From Squalus acanthias (lineage: Eukaryota): a stretch of DNA of 64,000 nt. A program made the position numbers and the translations under genes. Positions 13,001 to 25,669 of the stretch are shown piece after piece (within the stretch, counting starts at the first letter, position 1; the number at the start of each line of letters is the position of its first letter). A model generated the notes under the pieces. The model was not told where the DNA came from. It saw only the letters and a program-made list of their open reading frames with translations, and made no database searches. The DNA is taken from positions 55,430,001 through 55,494,000 of the forward strand of contig CM059438.1 in NCBI GenBank assembly GCA_030390025.1, read 5' to 3'.

Positions 13001-16000
13001 AGCGTAATGTTCCACATCTGGACCTACAGCGTAATGTCACACATCTGGACCATCAGCGCAATGTCCCACATCTGGACCTACAGCGTAATCTCCCACATTT
13101 GGACCTACAGCACAATGTACCACAAATGGACCATCAGCGCAATGTCCCACAAATGGACCATCAGCGTAATGCCCCACATCTGGACCATCAGCTTAATGTC
13201 CCACATCTGGACCATCAGCGTAATGTCTCACATCTGGACCATCAGCGCAATGATCCACATCTGGACCATCAGCGCAATGTCTCACATCTGGACCTACAGC
13301 GCAATGTCCCACATCTGTACCTACAGCGCAATGCCCCACATCTGGACCATCAGCGCAATGTCCCACATCTGGACCATCAGCGCAATGTCCCACATCTGGA
13401 CCATCAGCGCAGTGTCCCACATCTGGACCTACAGCGCAATGCGCCACATCTGTACCATCAGCGCAACGTCCCACATCTGGACCATCAGCGTAATGTCCCA
13501 CATCTGGACCATCAGCGTAATGTCCCACATCTGAACCATCAGCGTAATGTCCCACATCTGGACCATCAGCGGAACGTCTCACATCTGGACCTACAGCGCA
13601 ACGTCCCACATCTGGACCATCAGCGCAACGTCCCACATCTGGACCATCAGCGCAACGTCCCACATCTGGACCATCAGCGCAACGTCCCACATCTGGACCT
13701 ACAGCGCAATGCCCCACATCGGGACCGTCAGCGTAATGTCCCACATCTGGACCATCAGCGTAATGACCCACATCTGGACCTACAGCGTAATGACCCACAT
13801 CTGGACCTACAGCGCAATGTCCCACATCTGGACCATCAGCGTAATGTCTCACATCTGGACCATCAGCGCAATGATCCACATCTGGACCATCAGCGCAATG
13901 TCTCACATCTGGACCTACAGCGCAATGTCCCACATCTGTACCTACAGCGCAATGCCCCACATCTGGACCATCAGCGCAATGTCCCACATCTGGACCATCA
14001 GCGCAATGTCCCACATCTGGACCATCAGCGCAGTGTCCCACATCTGGACCTACAGCGCAATGCGCCACATCGGTACCATCAGCGCAACGTCCCACATCTG
14101 GACCATCAGCGTAATGTCCCACATCTGGACCATCAGCGTAATGTCCCACATCTGAACCATCAGCGTAACGTCCCACATCTGGACCATCAGCGAAACGTCT
14201 CACATCTGGACCTACAGCGCAACGTCCCACATCTGGACCATCAGCGCAACGTCCCACATCTGGACCATCAGCGCAACGTCCCACATCTGGACCATCAGCG
14301 CAACGTCCCACATCTGGACCTACAGCGCAACGCCCCACATCGGGACCGTCAGCGTAATGTCCCACATCTGGACCATCAGCGTAATGACCCACATCTGGAC
14401 CTACAGCGTAATGACCCACATCTGGACCTACAGCGCAATGTCCCACATCTGGACCTACAGCGTAATGACCCACATCTGGACCTACAGCGTAATGACCCAC
14501 ATCTGGACCATCAGCGCTACGTCCCACACCTGGACCATCAGCGCAACGTCCCACATCTGGACCATCAGCGCAACGTCCCACATCTGGACCTACAGCGCAA
14601 TGCCCCACATCGGGACCGTCAGCGTAATGTCCCACATCTGGACCATCAGCGTAATGACCCACATCTGGACCTACAGCGTAATGACCCACATCTGGACCTA
14701 CAGCGCAATGTCCCACATCTGGACCTACAGCGTAATGACCCACATCTGGACCTACAGCGTAATGACCCACATCTGGACCTACAGCGCAATGGCCCACATC
14801 TGGACCATCAGCGCAATGGCCCACATCTGGACCTACAGCGCAACGTCCCACATCTGCACCATCAGTGCAATGTCCCACATCTGGACCTACAGCGCAACAT
14901 CCCACATCTGGACCATCAGCGCAATGTCCCACATCTGGACCATCAGCGCAATGTCCCACATCTGGACCTACAGCGTAATGTCCCACATCTGGACCTACAG
15001 AGTAATGTCCCACATCTGGACCTACAGCGTAATGTCCCACATCTGGACCTACAGCGTAATGTCCCACATCTGGACCTACAGCGTAATGTCCCACATTTCG
15101 ACCATCAGCGCAATGTCCCACATCTGGACCATCAGCGCAATGTCCCACATCTGGACCTACAGCACAATGTCCCACATCTGGACCTACAGCGTAATGACCC
15201 ACATCTGGACCTACAGCGTAATGACCCACATCTGGACCTACAGCGCAATGTCCCACATCTGGACCTACAGCGTAACGACCCACATCTGGACCTACAGCGC
15301 AATGGCCCACATCTGGACCATCAGCGCAACTGCCCACATCTGGACCTACAGCGCAACGTCCCACATCTGCACCATCAGTGCAATGTCCCACACCTGGACC
15401 TACAGCACAACGTCCCACATCTGGACCATCAGCGCAATGTCCCACATCTGGACCATCAGCGCAATGTCCCACATCTGGACCTACAGCGTAATGTCCCACA
15501 TCTGGACCTACAGCGTAATGTCCCACATCTGGACCTACAGAGTAATGTCCCACATCTGGACCTACAGAGTAATGTCCCACATCTGGACCTACAGCGTAAT
15601 GTCCCACATCTGGACCTACAGCGTAATGTCCCTATCTGGACTTACAGCGTAATGTCCCACATCTGGACCTACAGCGTAAGGTCCCACATTTCGACCATCA
15701 GCGCAATGTCCCACATCTGGACCATCAGCGCAATGTCCCACATCTGGACCTACAGCGCAATGTGCCACATCTGGACCTGCAGCGTAATGTCCCACATCTG
15801 GACTATCAGCGCATTGTCCCACATCTGGACCTACAGCGTAATGTCCCACATCTGGACCATCAGCGCAATGTCCCACATCTGGACCTACAGCGTAATGACC
15901 CACATCTGGACCTACAGCGCAATGGCCCACATCTGGACCATCAGCGCAATGGCCCACATCTGGACCTACAGCGCAACGTCCCACATCTGCACCATCAGTG

Positions 16001-17665
16001 CAATGTCCCACATCTGGACCTACAGCGCAACATCCCACATCTGGACCATCAGCGCAATGTCCCACATCTGGACCATCAGCGCAATGTCCCACATCTGGAC
16101 CTACAGCGTAATGTCCCACATCTGGACCTACAGAGTAATGTCCCACATCTGGACCTACAGCGTAATGTCCCACATCTGGACCTACAGCGTAATGTCCCAC
16201 ATTTCGACCATCAGCGCAATGTCCCACATCTGGACCATCAGCGCAATGTCCCACATCTGGACCTACAGCGCAATGTCCCACATCTGGACCTGCAGCGTAA
16301 TGTCCCACATCTGGACTATCAGCGCATTGTCCCACATCTGGACCTACAGCGTAATGTCCCACATCTGGACCATCACGCAATGTCCCACATCTGGACCTAC
16401 AGCACAATGTCCCACATCTGGACCTACAGCGTAATGACCCACATCTGGACCTACAGCGTAATGACCCACATCTGGACCTACAGCGCAATGTCCCACATCT
16501 GGACCTACAGCGTAATGACCCACATCTGGACCTACAGCGCAATGGCCCACATCTGGACCATCAGCGCAACTGCCCACATCTGGACCTACAGCGCAACGTC
16601 CCACATCTGCACCATCAGTGCAATGTCCCACACCTGGACCTACAGCACAACGTCCCACATCTGGACCATCAGCGCAATGTCCCACATCTGGACCATCAGC
16701 GCAATGTCCCACATCTGGACCTACAGCGTAATGTCCCACATCTGGACCTACAGCGTAATGTCCCACATCTGGACCTACAGATTAATGTCCCACATCTGGA
16801 CCTACAGAGTAATGTCCCACATCTGGACCATCAGCGCAATGTCCCACATCTGGACCTACAGCGCAATGTGCCACATCTGGACCTGCAGCGTAATGTCCCA
16901 CATCTGGACTATCAGCGCATTGTCCCACATCTGGACCTACAGCGTAATGTCCCACATCTGGACCATCAGCGCAATGTCCCACATCTGGACCTACAGCACA
17001 ATGTCCCACATCTGGACCTACAGCACAAGTCCCACATCTGGACCTGCAGCGCAATGTCCCACATCTGGACCTACAGCGCAATGTCCCACATCTGGACCTA
17101 CAGCGCAATGTCCCACATCTGGACCTACAGCGTAATGACCCACATCTGGACCTACAGCGTAATGACTCACATCTGGACCTACAGCGCAATGTCCCACATC
17201 TGGACCTACAGCGCAATGTCCCACATCTGGACCATCAGTGCAATGTCCCACATCTGGACCTACAGCGTAATGACCCACATCTGGACCTACAGCTTAATCT
17301 CCCACATCTGGACCTACAGCGTAATGTGCCACATCTGGACCTGCAGCGTAATGACCCACATCTGGACCTACAGCGTAATAACCCACATCTGGACCTACAG
17401 CGCAATGTCCCACATCTGGACCATCAGCGTAATGTCCCACATCTGGACCTACAGCGTATTGACCCACATCTGGACCATCAGCGCAATGTCCCACATCTGG
17501 ACCTGCAGCGTAATGTCCCACATCTGGACCTACAGCGTAATGTCCCACATCTGGACCTACAGCGTAATGTCCCACATCTGGACCTACAGCGTAATGAACC
17601 ACATCTAGACCTACAGCGTAATGTCCCACATCTGGACCTACAGCGTAATGAACCACATCTGGACC
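10045..17665. repeat. 27-bp minisatellite (AATGTCCCACATCTGGACCTACAGCGC / ...CCATCAGCGT), ~7.6 kb, filling most of SUPV3L1 intron 1
   Basis: Seen directly, about 280 units. Source of the 2028-aa DHQRNVPHL ORF. Confidence 0.97.
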
Positions 17666-17743
17666 CCTCTCCCTCACTCCCCGCTCTCTCCTTCACCCTC
17701 GCTCTCCCGGCCCCCGCTCTCTCTCTCTCTGGGCCTCACTCAC

Positions 17744-17951
17744 TCTTATTCAGGTTCTGGCTCAGTTCGGCGCCCACGTTTCCCTCCGGCCCGCGGCTGA
17801 TCCTGGGCGGCAGCGGCACAAAGAGCGACGTGTCCGGGGGCTTGGTGCCGCTGTTGCTGGCGATGCGGCGGGCGGTGGTGATGGCGCGGCCGGCGGGCAG
17901 GCCCAGGCCCCGGAGCCGGCCCAGGAACCTCAGGCTGCGGTTCGCCGCCAT
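17744..17951 (-). CDS. SUPV3L1: SUPV3L1 coding exon 1 (208 nt): MAANRSLRFLGRLRGLGLPAGRAITTARRIASNSGTKPPDTSLFVPLPPRISRGPEGNVGAELSQNLNK; Arg-rich N-terminus typical of a mitochondrial targeting peptide
   Basis: KPPDTSLFVPL...GNVGAELSQNLNK matches human KIPNTSLFVPL...GDVGAELTRPLDK. ATG at 17951, gtgagt donor, CpG-rich context. Confidence 0.93.
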
Positions 17952-18300
17952 CAACCGACAGGGGCGGGCGGGTCCAGGTCACAGGGAGCGGAGTGGGCGT
18001 GGCCTCCGTCTCAGGGAGCGGGCGTTTCTACGTCACGGGGAGTGGGCGCGGCCTCCGTCCCGGCGAGCGGGCGTGTCTACGTCACGGGGAGTGGGCGTGG
18101 CCTCCGTCCCGGCGAGCGGGCGTGTCTACGTCACGGGGAGTGGGCGGGGCCTCCGTCTCAGGGAGCGGGCGTTTGGACGTCACGGGGAGTGGTGGGGCCA
18201 CAGTCCCAGGGAGCGGAGTGGGCGTGGCTTCCGTCACAGAGGGCGGGACCTCAATCACGGGGACACCGTCACAGGGAGCGGGCGGGGCCTACCCCCACCG
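17952..18300 (-). promoter_or_regulatory. SUPV3L1 CpG-rich promoter containing ~4 tandem 49-bp units, each with a GC-box and an ACGTCA (CRE half-site)
   Basis: GGGAGTGGGCG(T/C/G)GGCC and ACGTCAC recur at 49-bp spacing immediately upstream of the ATG. Confidence 0.7.
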
Positions 18301-19002
18301 GCCCATCACAGGACGGAAGAGAGGAACAATGTTAATCTAAAATTAGACTAAAGTTTTCAATGAATGCAAGAAATGTATAATATAAGTGAAAACTGACAGG
18401 AGGTTCTACGTGTATCGGGTTTAATTTCCTTCATCTACCAAAGGTGTTAGCTCACGCTGGCATGTGGCTCCTAAGGGCAGGGGCATCAGTTAAACCCAAT
18501 TCCCCCAATTTTACGTGGCTGATTTTCTCTCTCCTTGAATAGAACTGCTAAAGCCAATTGTCGAACCAGTATCCCTCACTCCAACTCAACAAAGAGCAGG
18601 AATCAACATTTTATCCAATGTCCTCGAGCTGAGGGAGGGGAAATCAGTCAGGTGGACCTTCCATCAGTTATACCGCCTCCAACATCTCCTCTCATTTAGC
18701 AGTGTACGTTGGATATGTTGTCAGTCCAACACTCTGAACAATGGAGTCGATTGGCTTTAACCAAGGAGAAAAACCAGGCAAGGCTTCCTGCTTCCGCTCG
18801 TTATCCACTGACTCCTGCTGGAAACCAACAGGAATGTTGGGAAATGGTTTTGGCAGCATTACCTCCATGGTAGAATATCCTGTTGTCTCCACATCTGGGC
18901 GGATGTGGAGTGAGTGTCAGTGACCCCAGTTACAGGGTGGGTTTACGTTGTAGAGAGGTAAAGGGTCTGAATTCAAGTGTAATCAGATACACTGGCAGAG
19001 AC

Positions 19003-19008
19003 TTTATT
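19003..19008 (-). terminator. Candidate VPS26A polyadenylation signal AATAAA (a second one lies at 19079-19084)
   Basis: TTTATT on the + strand, 0.8-0.9 kb downstream of the stop codon. Confidence 0.6.
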
Positions 19009-19889
19009 GAATATAGAGGGGATACATTTTTCAGGCTGGTATAGTACATCTGAAATACCTGTACTTAAAATATTTCCATTTATTCTCGATATCAGACACA
19101 GACATGCAGGAAAATATTTGGCATTAACTGGCTTTAAACTTTTTTCAGGCACTTTACAGGAAAACAATGCAAAATGGGGAACTTTGCTCACAGGTACCTG
19201 CAGTGACTATAACTGCACCTCAGCACAGGTCACAGGCCCCAGGACAGTGCTTAACCCCCATGAATGGCTGGAGGGGAGGGGGGGGGGGGGGGGAGCAGGG
19301 GAAGAGAGGCCGAGCTCCTGGGCACTCTTCGACCCCCAGTGCTGTGTCTGAAATGGAGAGAGATTCTAGAAGTTGTGCTGCTGTCTGGAGCACTGCTGGG
19401 AGTTGGAACAAGCTACGAATTTACACCATGCAAAAACAAACATATTAGTGGAAACAGGACCAATCACCAAACTGCAATATCTAACAGGCTGGAAATGTAC
19501 AAACAATAAACACACTCTTCAAATCCCTCCCCACCAAGCATTAACCTGTTTGAAATGGAAGGAGCAGAATCTGACCAGAGCATGTTAAGCATCTGTACAA
19601 CACCATCAACAGTAATTCCCAGGCCCATGAAGCATAAATAAATCAGCCTACATGCACAAGTACAGAACCAGTAAACAGACATCCTGCTCAGTGTAGATTT
19701 TTAGTGCACAAGTTCAAACAAAAGTTGCAAAATGTGCGGTATAAAATGCTAGCTTTAGTTGTTCCAGTGTTTGAGAAACCGTTAGTGATCTGCAGGAAGT
19801 TTAGTATCACGAAGAAACCATGGGGTCACGGCACAGCGACAATGTCTGTGGGTTTTGACAACTCGACCGTTGCCTCGCTCACTCTTTCC

Positions 19890-20000
19890 TCATATTTCAG
19901 GCTGCTGAGCAGAGGCCTGCGGCTCCGGTGACTCCAGACGCTGATGGAAATTGGTTCGTTTCCTCAACTTCTCAGGAGCTTTTCTCCACAGTACAATCTC
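19890..20000 (-). CDS. VPS26A: VPS26A coding exon 9 (last): EIVLWRKAPEKLRKRTNFHQRLESPEPQASAQQPEI*
   Basis: Translated by hand. Matches the VPS26A-type C-terminus (human EIILWRKAPEKLRKQRTNFHQRFESPESQASAEQPEM). Acceptor cag, TGA at 19892-19890. Confidence 0.96.
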   Translation of the reverse strand, partial: EIVLWRKAPEKLRKRTNFHQRLESPEPQASAQQPEI

Positions 20001-20839
20001 CTGCCAAGAAAATAAAACAGCTGGTTGAATGGGCCAGGTTCTGGATTTTCACTGCTAATTTTCTCTTGCTGGATTATAGCCAGCTGGTAACGTGCACAAT
20101 CATCCACTGTGAACCCAGGCACAGCGACAGGCTATTTGATCATGGGGGCATCACAGCCAAGCCTGCCTTCCAGAGGATTTCACAGGCACACTTCCCGCAC
20201 CCTTCACTGGAGAGTGACCCACCAGCTCAATACCCGCTTTATGTTCCCTCTCTGACCCGGGACATAGCTGATCTCAGCTAGTTGGCAGCAAACAGCACAA
20301 GGTATGAATTAAACCAGGAACGTCCCCATCTTTTATCAACAGTTTCTTACTGTTCCAAGGCCATCCTGGAGGGCAATAACCATTCTAAACTCTGCCACAA
20401 CCCACCTCCTTCGCACTCTCCCCCTCCCTCCCTGCTTGCTCTGCTCCCCCCGCCCCGCCAACTCGTGTGTATGGATGCTGGGAAGGAACAGGGTTGGTTT
20501 TCTCAGTCACGAAAACAGAGACTCCATCAACCCGACAGATGCCCAGCTTCTAGCAAACACAAGATCCCCCATTTCCCTTCTTGAGGTGCAGCACATTCTC
20601 CCATAATCTACTCCCTCACCAGCCAGTCCCCCCTTAGCCCATTGCTGACTGACAGTAAACACAGGTCCCTTTACTTCCATTCAAAGTCATCACACACATC
20701 CCTTCTTAGAAAGCCAACCCTCAGACCCCCCACTACCCTCACATGGGCTCCCACCTCCAACCCCCTTCCTCTAAACTCAAGTCATTACACACTTAAAGGG
20801 ACCGCACACCCAAAATAAATTAAAGGGAACATTGACAAC

Positions 20840-21175
20840 ATGACCGAAACACTGAATAATGAAGTGGCTTCAAATGTCAGAGGGGATGGGTATTGGGAGT
20901 GTGGGTGTGAATGGCCAGTGGAGGGCACTATTCACATACAAATAGATGAATCACACGGGCCTGACTGTTTCTATCAGAGGATCCCGAGGGAGGCTGGGCA
21001 AGAAACAGGCTCCAACTATAATTTCCCCAATATTCAGTGGAAAGGCAAATTGTGTCAGTGGATTGGAGATGGGAAATGTGACTCCCCTCGATAGGCCAGT
21101 TAGTCTTACATCAGTTGTTGCTGAACTACTGGATTCTATAATACAGGATGAAATTACTGAGCACTTGGAGAAGCA
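20840..21175 (+). mobile_element. Degraded CR1 LINE ORF2 fragment
   Basis: Translates to NVTPL..RPVSLTSVVAELLDSIIQDEITEHLEKH, similar to the CR1 ORF2 at 57000-57140. Confidence 0.65.
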
Positions 21176-21179
21176 CAAG

Positions 21180-21480
21180 GCTCTTTCGACAGCACCTCCC
21201 AAACCCACGACCTCCACCACACAGAAGGACAAGGGAACACCATAATCACCAGGTTCCCCCTCCAAGTCACTAATATATTGCAGTTCCTTCATCGTCACTG
21301 GACCAAAATTCTGGAAACCCCCTACCGAACAGTACCTTCACCACACAGACTGCAGCGGTTGATGAAGGCAGCTCACTACCACCGTCTCAAGGGTTACTAG
21401 GGATGGGCAATAGATGCTGGCCATGGCAGCGCCACCCACATCTCAATAAAGAGGGGATGTGGCCACGTAAAAAAAAAAAC
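21180..21480 (+). mobile_element. LINE 3'-end fragment, same family as 42836-43810
   Basis: Shares cctcccaaaccc, ttcccctccaagtcac, ccttcaccacac..cagcggtt and an A-rich end with 43500-43810. Confidence 0.7.
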
Positions 21481-21489
21481 CACGCACGA

Positions 21490-22268
21490 AACATTTCCTC
21501 CAATTAAATATCGGAAAGAACGAAGCCATCGTCTTCGGTTCACGCCACAAACTCCGTTCCCTTTCCACCGATTCAATCCCTCTCCCCAGCAAGGCTGACC
21601 AAGTCTGTTTGCAACCTCGGTGTTATATTTGATCACGAGTCGCGCTTCCTACCTCATAGCCACTCCATCATTAAGACCGCCCATTTCCACCTCCGTAACA
21701 TCGCCCGTCTCCGTCCCTGCCTCAGCTCATCTACTGCTGAAACCCTCATCCATGCCTTTGTTACCTCCAGACTTGACTATTCCAAATCACTCCTGGCCAG
21801 CCTCCCTCGTTCTACCCTCCAAAACTCTGCCGTCCGTGTCCCACTCATCCAACTTTCCTGTGCTCGCTGGCCTACATTGACTCGCAGTTAAGCAACGCTG
21901 CAATTTTAAATTTCTCATCCTTGTTTTCAAATCCCTCCATGGTCTCGCCCCTCCATATCACTAATCTCCTCCAGCCCTATAATCCCCCGAGATCTCTACA
22001 CTCCGCCAATTCTGGCCTCTTGAACATCCCCAATTTTAATTGCTCCACCGATCGTGCCTTCAGTTGCCTAGGTCCTAAGCTCTGGAATTCCCTCCCTAAA
22101 TTTCTCTGCCTTTCTACTTCTCTTTCATCCTTTACGATGCTCCTTAAAACCTACCTCTGCCCAAGCCTGTCATCTGCCCCAACATCTTACGTGGCTCGGT
22201 GTCAAATTTTGCTCCTGTGAAGCGCCTTGGGATGTTTTATTACTTTAAAGGCGCTATATAAATGTAAG
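21490..22268 (+). mobile_element. L2-clade LINE 3' fragment
   Basis: RT C-terminal remnants (LIHAFVTSRLDYS, RAFSCLGPKLWNSLP) and an L2-type tail ctgtgaagcgccttggga...aaaggcgctatataaatg. Confidence 0.8.
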
Positions 22269-22656
22269 ATGTGTTTGGTGATGAAGCTAGGAACCGAGAC
22301 AGGAGTTCAAATCCTGACGTGACAAATTATGAAATTAAGTTTATTACAATGTGGGTAGAACCAAAATAAGTGGCCAAGAAAATCCCACTGGTGGCTGATG
22401 AATGTCATTCAGGGAAGAGAAGGAACCTGCACCCACTCCCCTCACCCCACCCCACCGACACATGCCTAGTCCACAGTATGCGACTCTGCCGTTCAGTTGG
22501 CTGCTATTTGACCATCCCATCCTCACCCTACATGTTCAACACACACAGGGGATTGAACCTGATCTGTATGTATGGGCTCGCCAGTCTCAGTGCATTACCC
22601 TATTCTCGGCCCTGCCTTCCCCAGCTCCTCTCCTCTTCCCCTGTCCCATGACATAC

Positions 22657-22799
22657 CTGCTGTTTGAAGTACCGTCTGTCTTCCTCATCGACTAGAACCA
22701 GGTTTAAGAAGTAGCGCACAGAGAATTTCTTGTTTACATCCCTCATTGTTGGTGTTAGATCATATCCGGCCAGGAAGAGTCTGATTGGAATGGATTCAC
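22657..22799 (-). CDS. VPS26A: VPS26A coding exon 8 (143 nt): (G)ESIPIRLFLAGYDLTPTMRDVNKKFSVRYFLNLVLVDEEDRRYFKQQ
   Basis: Near identity to VPS26A. Acceptor aag, donor gtatgt. Confidence 0.97.
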
Positions 22800-24310
22800 C
22801 TTCATATACAAACAAAGAAGTTTACTTTGGAATGAACAAGTCAGCTTTAGACAGTACTTGCGATCTTCTCCCCCTCTCTCCCAAAGGCACTGCTTCGAGA
22901 GTCCAAGCCCACATAAAACAGCCGTGTGGTACCCGACAGGTGGTCAATATTTACACACGAGCCTGGACATGGGGTGATCGCAACGGTTGGGTTCTGATCA
23001 GAAGAGTCTAAATGCTTCGTATAACAATATCTGCTTGTGGATTCAGTAGCCGTTGATTGACAGCACCGTTCAATCATTCTAGAGCACAGCTACTAAAGGG
23101 GGACAGCCGTTTCCACTGCTCACCAGTCAGTGCATAGCAGAGTGCAGCAGAGCAGGGATCCAGGAAACAGGCAGTTCAGTTGAGAGTTTGCACATCAAGT
23201 CTACGAATTTATTAAATCTGCATCATGAGTCTGCTAGAATCTAAAAAGTTAGGGAGAAAAAATATTCAACAAGCCTGGTACAGCCTGACCAATATACAGG
23301 CAGAAAATCCCGTTAAAATCTTTAAAATTTTTATGTGGGGTTAAGTTTAAAAAAATGTGAGCCAGAAGCTTGAAATTCAAATCAGTCCATGGAGCCAATT
23401 CCTCCCTCACTGCTGCCATGGTAAGTGTTGAGGCTCAGCTTTGGCTGACAGTGTGGTCACAAGGTTTAGTTTATTGCTACCAATATACTTTAGCAGAAAA
23501 GTCATACCTCAGCCAATACTCTTACCCCATCACGTCAGACCAACACTCCCCACCCCAGTGCCAGGCATGTACCCACCAATATTTCATACTTCTGGTATAC
23601 AGCTCAAAAAAGCTCTCTCGAGACACAGCTCCGAGCCTGCGAGTACCCTGCTGGCTGGTTCCAGTTCACAGGGACACAGTTCCACAGCCACCATTACACT
23701 TCACTGAAATCCTGGGACACAGCATTGTGTGGGAAGCAGCAGGAACTTTACAGGATGGGGACGAGACCAAGAATTAAACACGTCATCTGATCAGCAGAGA
23801 AAGCTTCAGCACCAAATAACATCCTTCTCCACAAGTCAACATTCCCCCGAACATCAGGCCAAACACACCCCCTCTCAAGTCAACATTCCCCCGAACATGA
23901 GCTCACTGGCAGCACCTGGCATGTTATCCGTCAGTCAGCACTCCTCAGGGCTCTTAAATGATCCTCAGAGATTACTAAAAGCAGCTCACTGGTTTGTGAA
24001 AGTAGTTAGTTTATTTGGGGCAACTACAATTATAATTTACATTTATATAACGCCTTTAACATAGAAATACATCCCAAGGTGCTTGACAGAGGCAGGAAGG
24101 GGAACAAAATGGATGTCGAGCTTAGGAGGGGCAAGTTTAAATGAGATCCACCCTAGTGAGCTTTGCTCAGTCCTAAACCACTTTGAGACATTCCAACTAA
24201 TATTGACCTGCCCCATTTTTTCAGATGCAGCCCAGCAATGTGTGTTTAGGTGTTTAGCATTTTCAGGTTGTTTCTGGCTGAGATAATTACAGTGCAGTTA
24301 TACACCTCAC

Positions 24311-24379
24311 CTTTAACAGGAGCTCCATCCATTATTTCATACTTGGCAATAGTTTCGGTCTCAGTGGTTGTACTGGGCC
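24311..24379 (-). CDS. VPS26A: VPS26A coding exon 7 (69 nt): (G)PSTTTETETIAKYEIMDGAPVK
   Basis: Matches VPS26A. Acceptor tag, donor gtgagg. Confidence 0.97.
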
Positions 24380-24483
24380 CTAATAAAAAAAAGCGACACA
24401 CATCAGGCAACCGATGTATCCCCATCTCAAACAGCAGTACCAAACATCGAATCCAGCAGCAGTTCCCCCGTTGCTGTCCTTAC

Positions 24484-24590
24484 CGATACCAGTGATCTCT
24501 TTTTTGATCAGCTGAAGCTCCATGTGCTGGATTTTGATTCTCACCAACAGGAAGTAGATCTTACCGACAATCACATCCTTCAAGTGGTAT
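24484..24590 (-). CDS. VPS26A: VPS26A coding exon 6 (107 nt): YHLKDVIVGKIYFLLVRIKIQHMELQLIKKEITGI
   Basis: Matches VPS26A. Acceptor cag, donor gtaagg. Confidence 0.97.
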
Positions 24591-25396
24591 CTGTTAAAGA
24601 ACCAAAAGCACAACCAGTATAGAACACAAGTCTTAAGGCTGGGATGGGCTCTTTTATATCCCCACACACACACACACACACACGTACCAGTTATAATTAA
24701 GAGCAAGCTGTTTAAGCACCACCAATTTCTATTGATGAGCTGGATTCTATTTTTTCTGTGTAATCTTATTCATTGTAAATCAACTCAACTAGCAGTTTTA
24801 GCCTGAATGATAGTTTGACACTATAGTATTTCCTCCCTATTGAAGTGGACAGGAGTGTGTGGAAGGCAGCCTGGTAAGTGTCTGGTCCAAAAGGGCAATT
24901 ATTAATCTGGTTACTCGCTACTCACATTCACAGCACACATAAGGTCGCAAGTTTCAGATTATAGACACCTGCCTTTTGCCGTAAACACAACTGAACAATA
25001 GGCCGAACTAAGTACAAGATGCTAACTAACGCAAAGATTAGAAATTACAACACAGTACTCTGTTCATAGGAGACTATCTGCTTCGGGAAACGATGCAGCT
25101 CATCGTACAAGGACAGGTGCTGGGAGACACTAACTGTCACTGGTGAGGTCCACTCTGGAGTACGCTTTGCTCCTTTGCACAACTTGCCTCAAAAAGAATA
25201 TCTATGCAATGAGAAGTGCTCCAAGGAGGGACCAGGAGGATTTTAGACATTAGTGGACCAAGTTAATGAAGAATGGCTCACACAACTAACATGCAACTTT
25301 TATCGAAGGAAAGATCAAAGGCGGAAACTGTTCAGGTCTTTCAAATTAAAACCGGTGTAGTTAAGGTTGATGCGAGGAAGAGAAACCACAAGTACA

Positions 25397-25590
25397 CAGG
25401 ATGGACGTGTATAACAGACCCAGAGAGAGAGAAGGCAGTTCACCCACAAGATGGACGTGTATAACAGACCCAGAGAGAGAGAGAGAGAAGGCAGTTCACC
25501 CACAGGATGGACGTGTATAACAGACCCAGAGAGAGAGAAGGCAGTTCACCCACAGGATGGACGTGTATAACAGACCAGTGAAGGCAGTTT
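25397..25590. repeat. ~55-bp tandem repeat (3-4 copies) with a variable internal (GA)n tract
   Basis: CAGGATGGACGTGTATAACAGACCC(AG)nAAGGCAGTTCACCCA repeated. Confidence 0.9.
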
Positions 25591-25669
25591 ATTCAGGATC
25601 AAATGACATTTTTTTTAAATATAAAATGGCGCTGTACGATATCTGTTGAGAAGGGGATCAAAGGTCACA

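Noticed and set aside
10348..16434. 2028-aa ORF of DHQRNVPHL repeats as a novel protein gene
   Set aside because: It is a translation of a 27-bp minisatellite inside SUPV3L1 intron 1. The peptide switches register at single-base indels, other frames are similarly open, and there is no unique domain.
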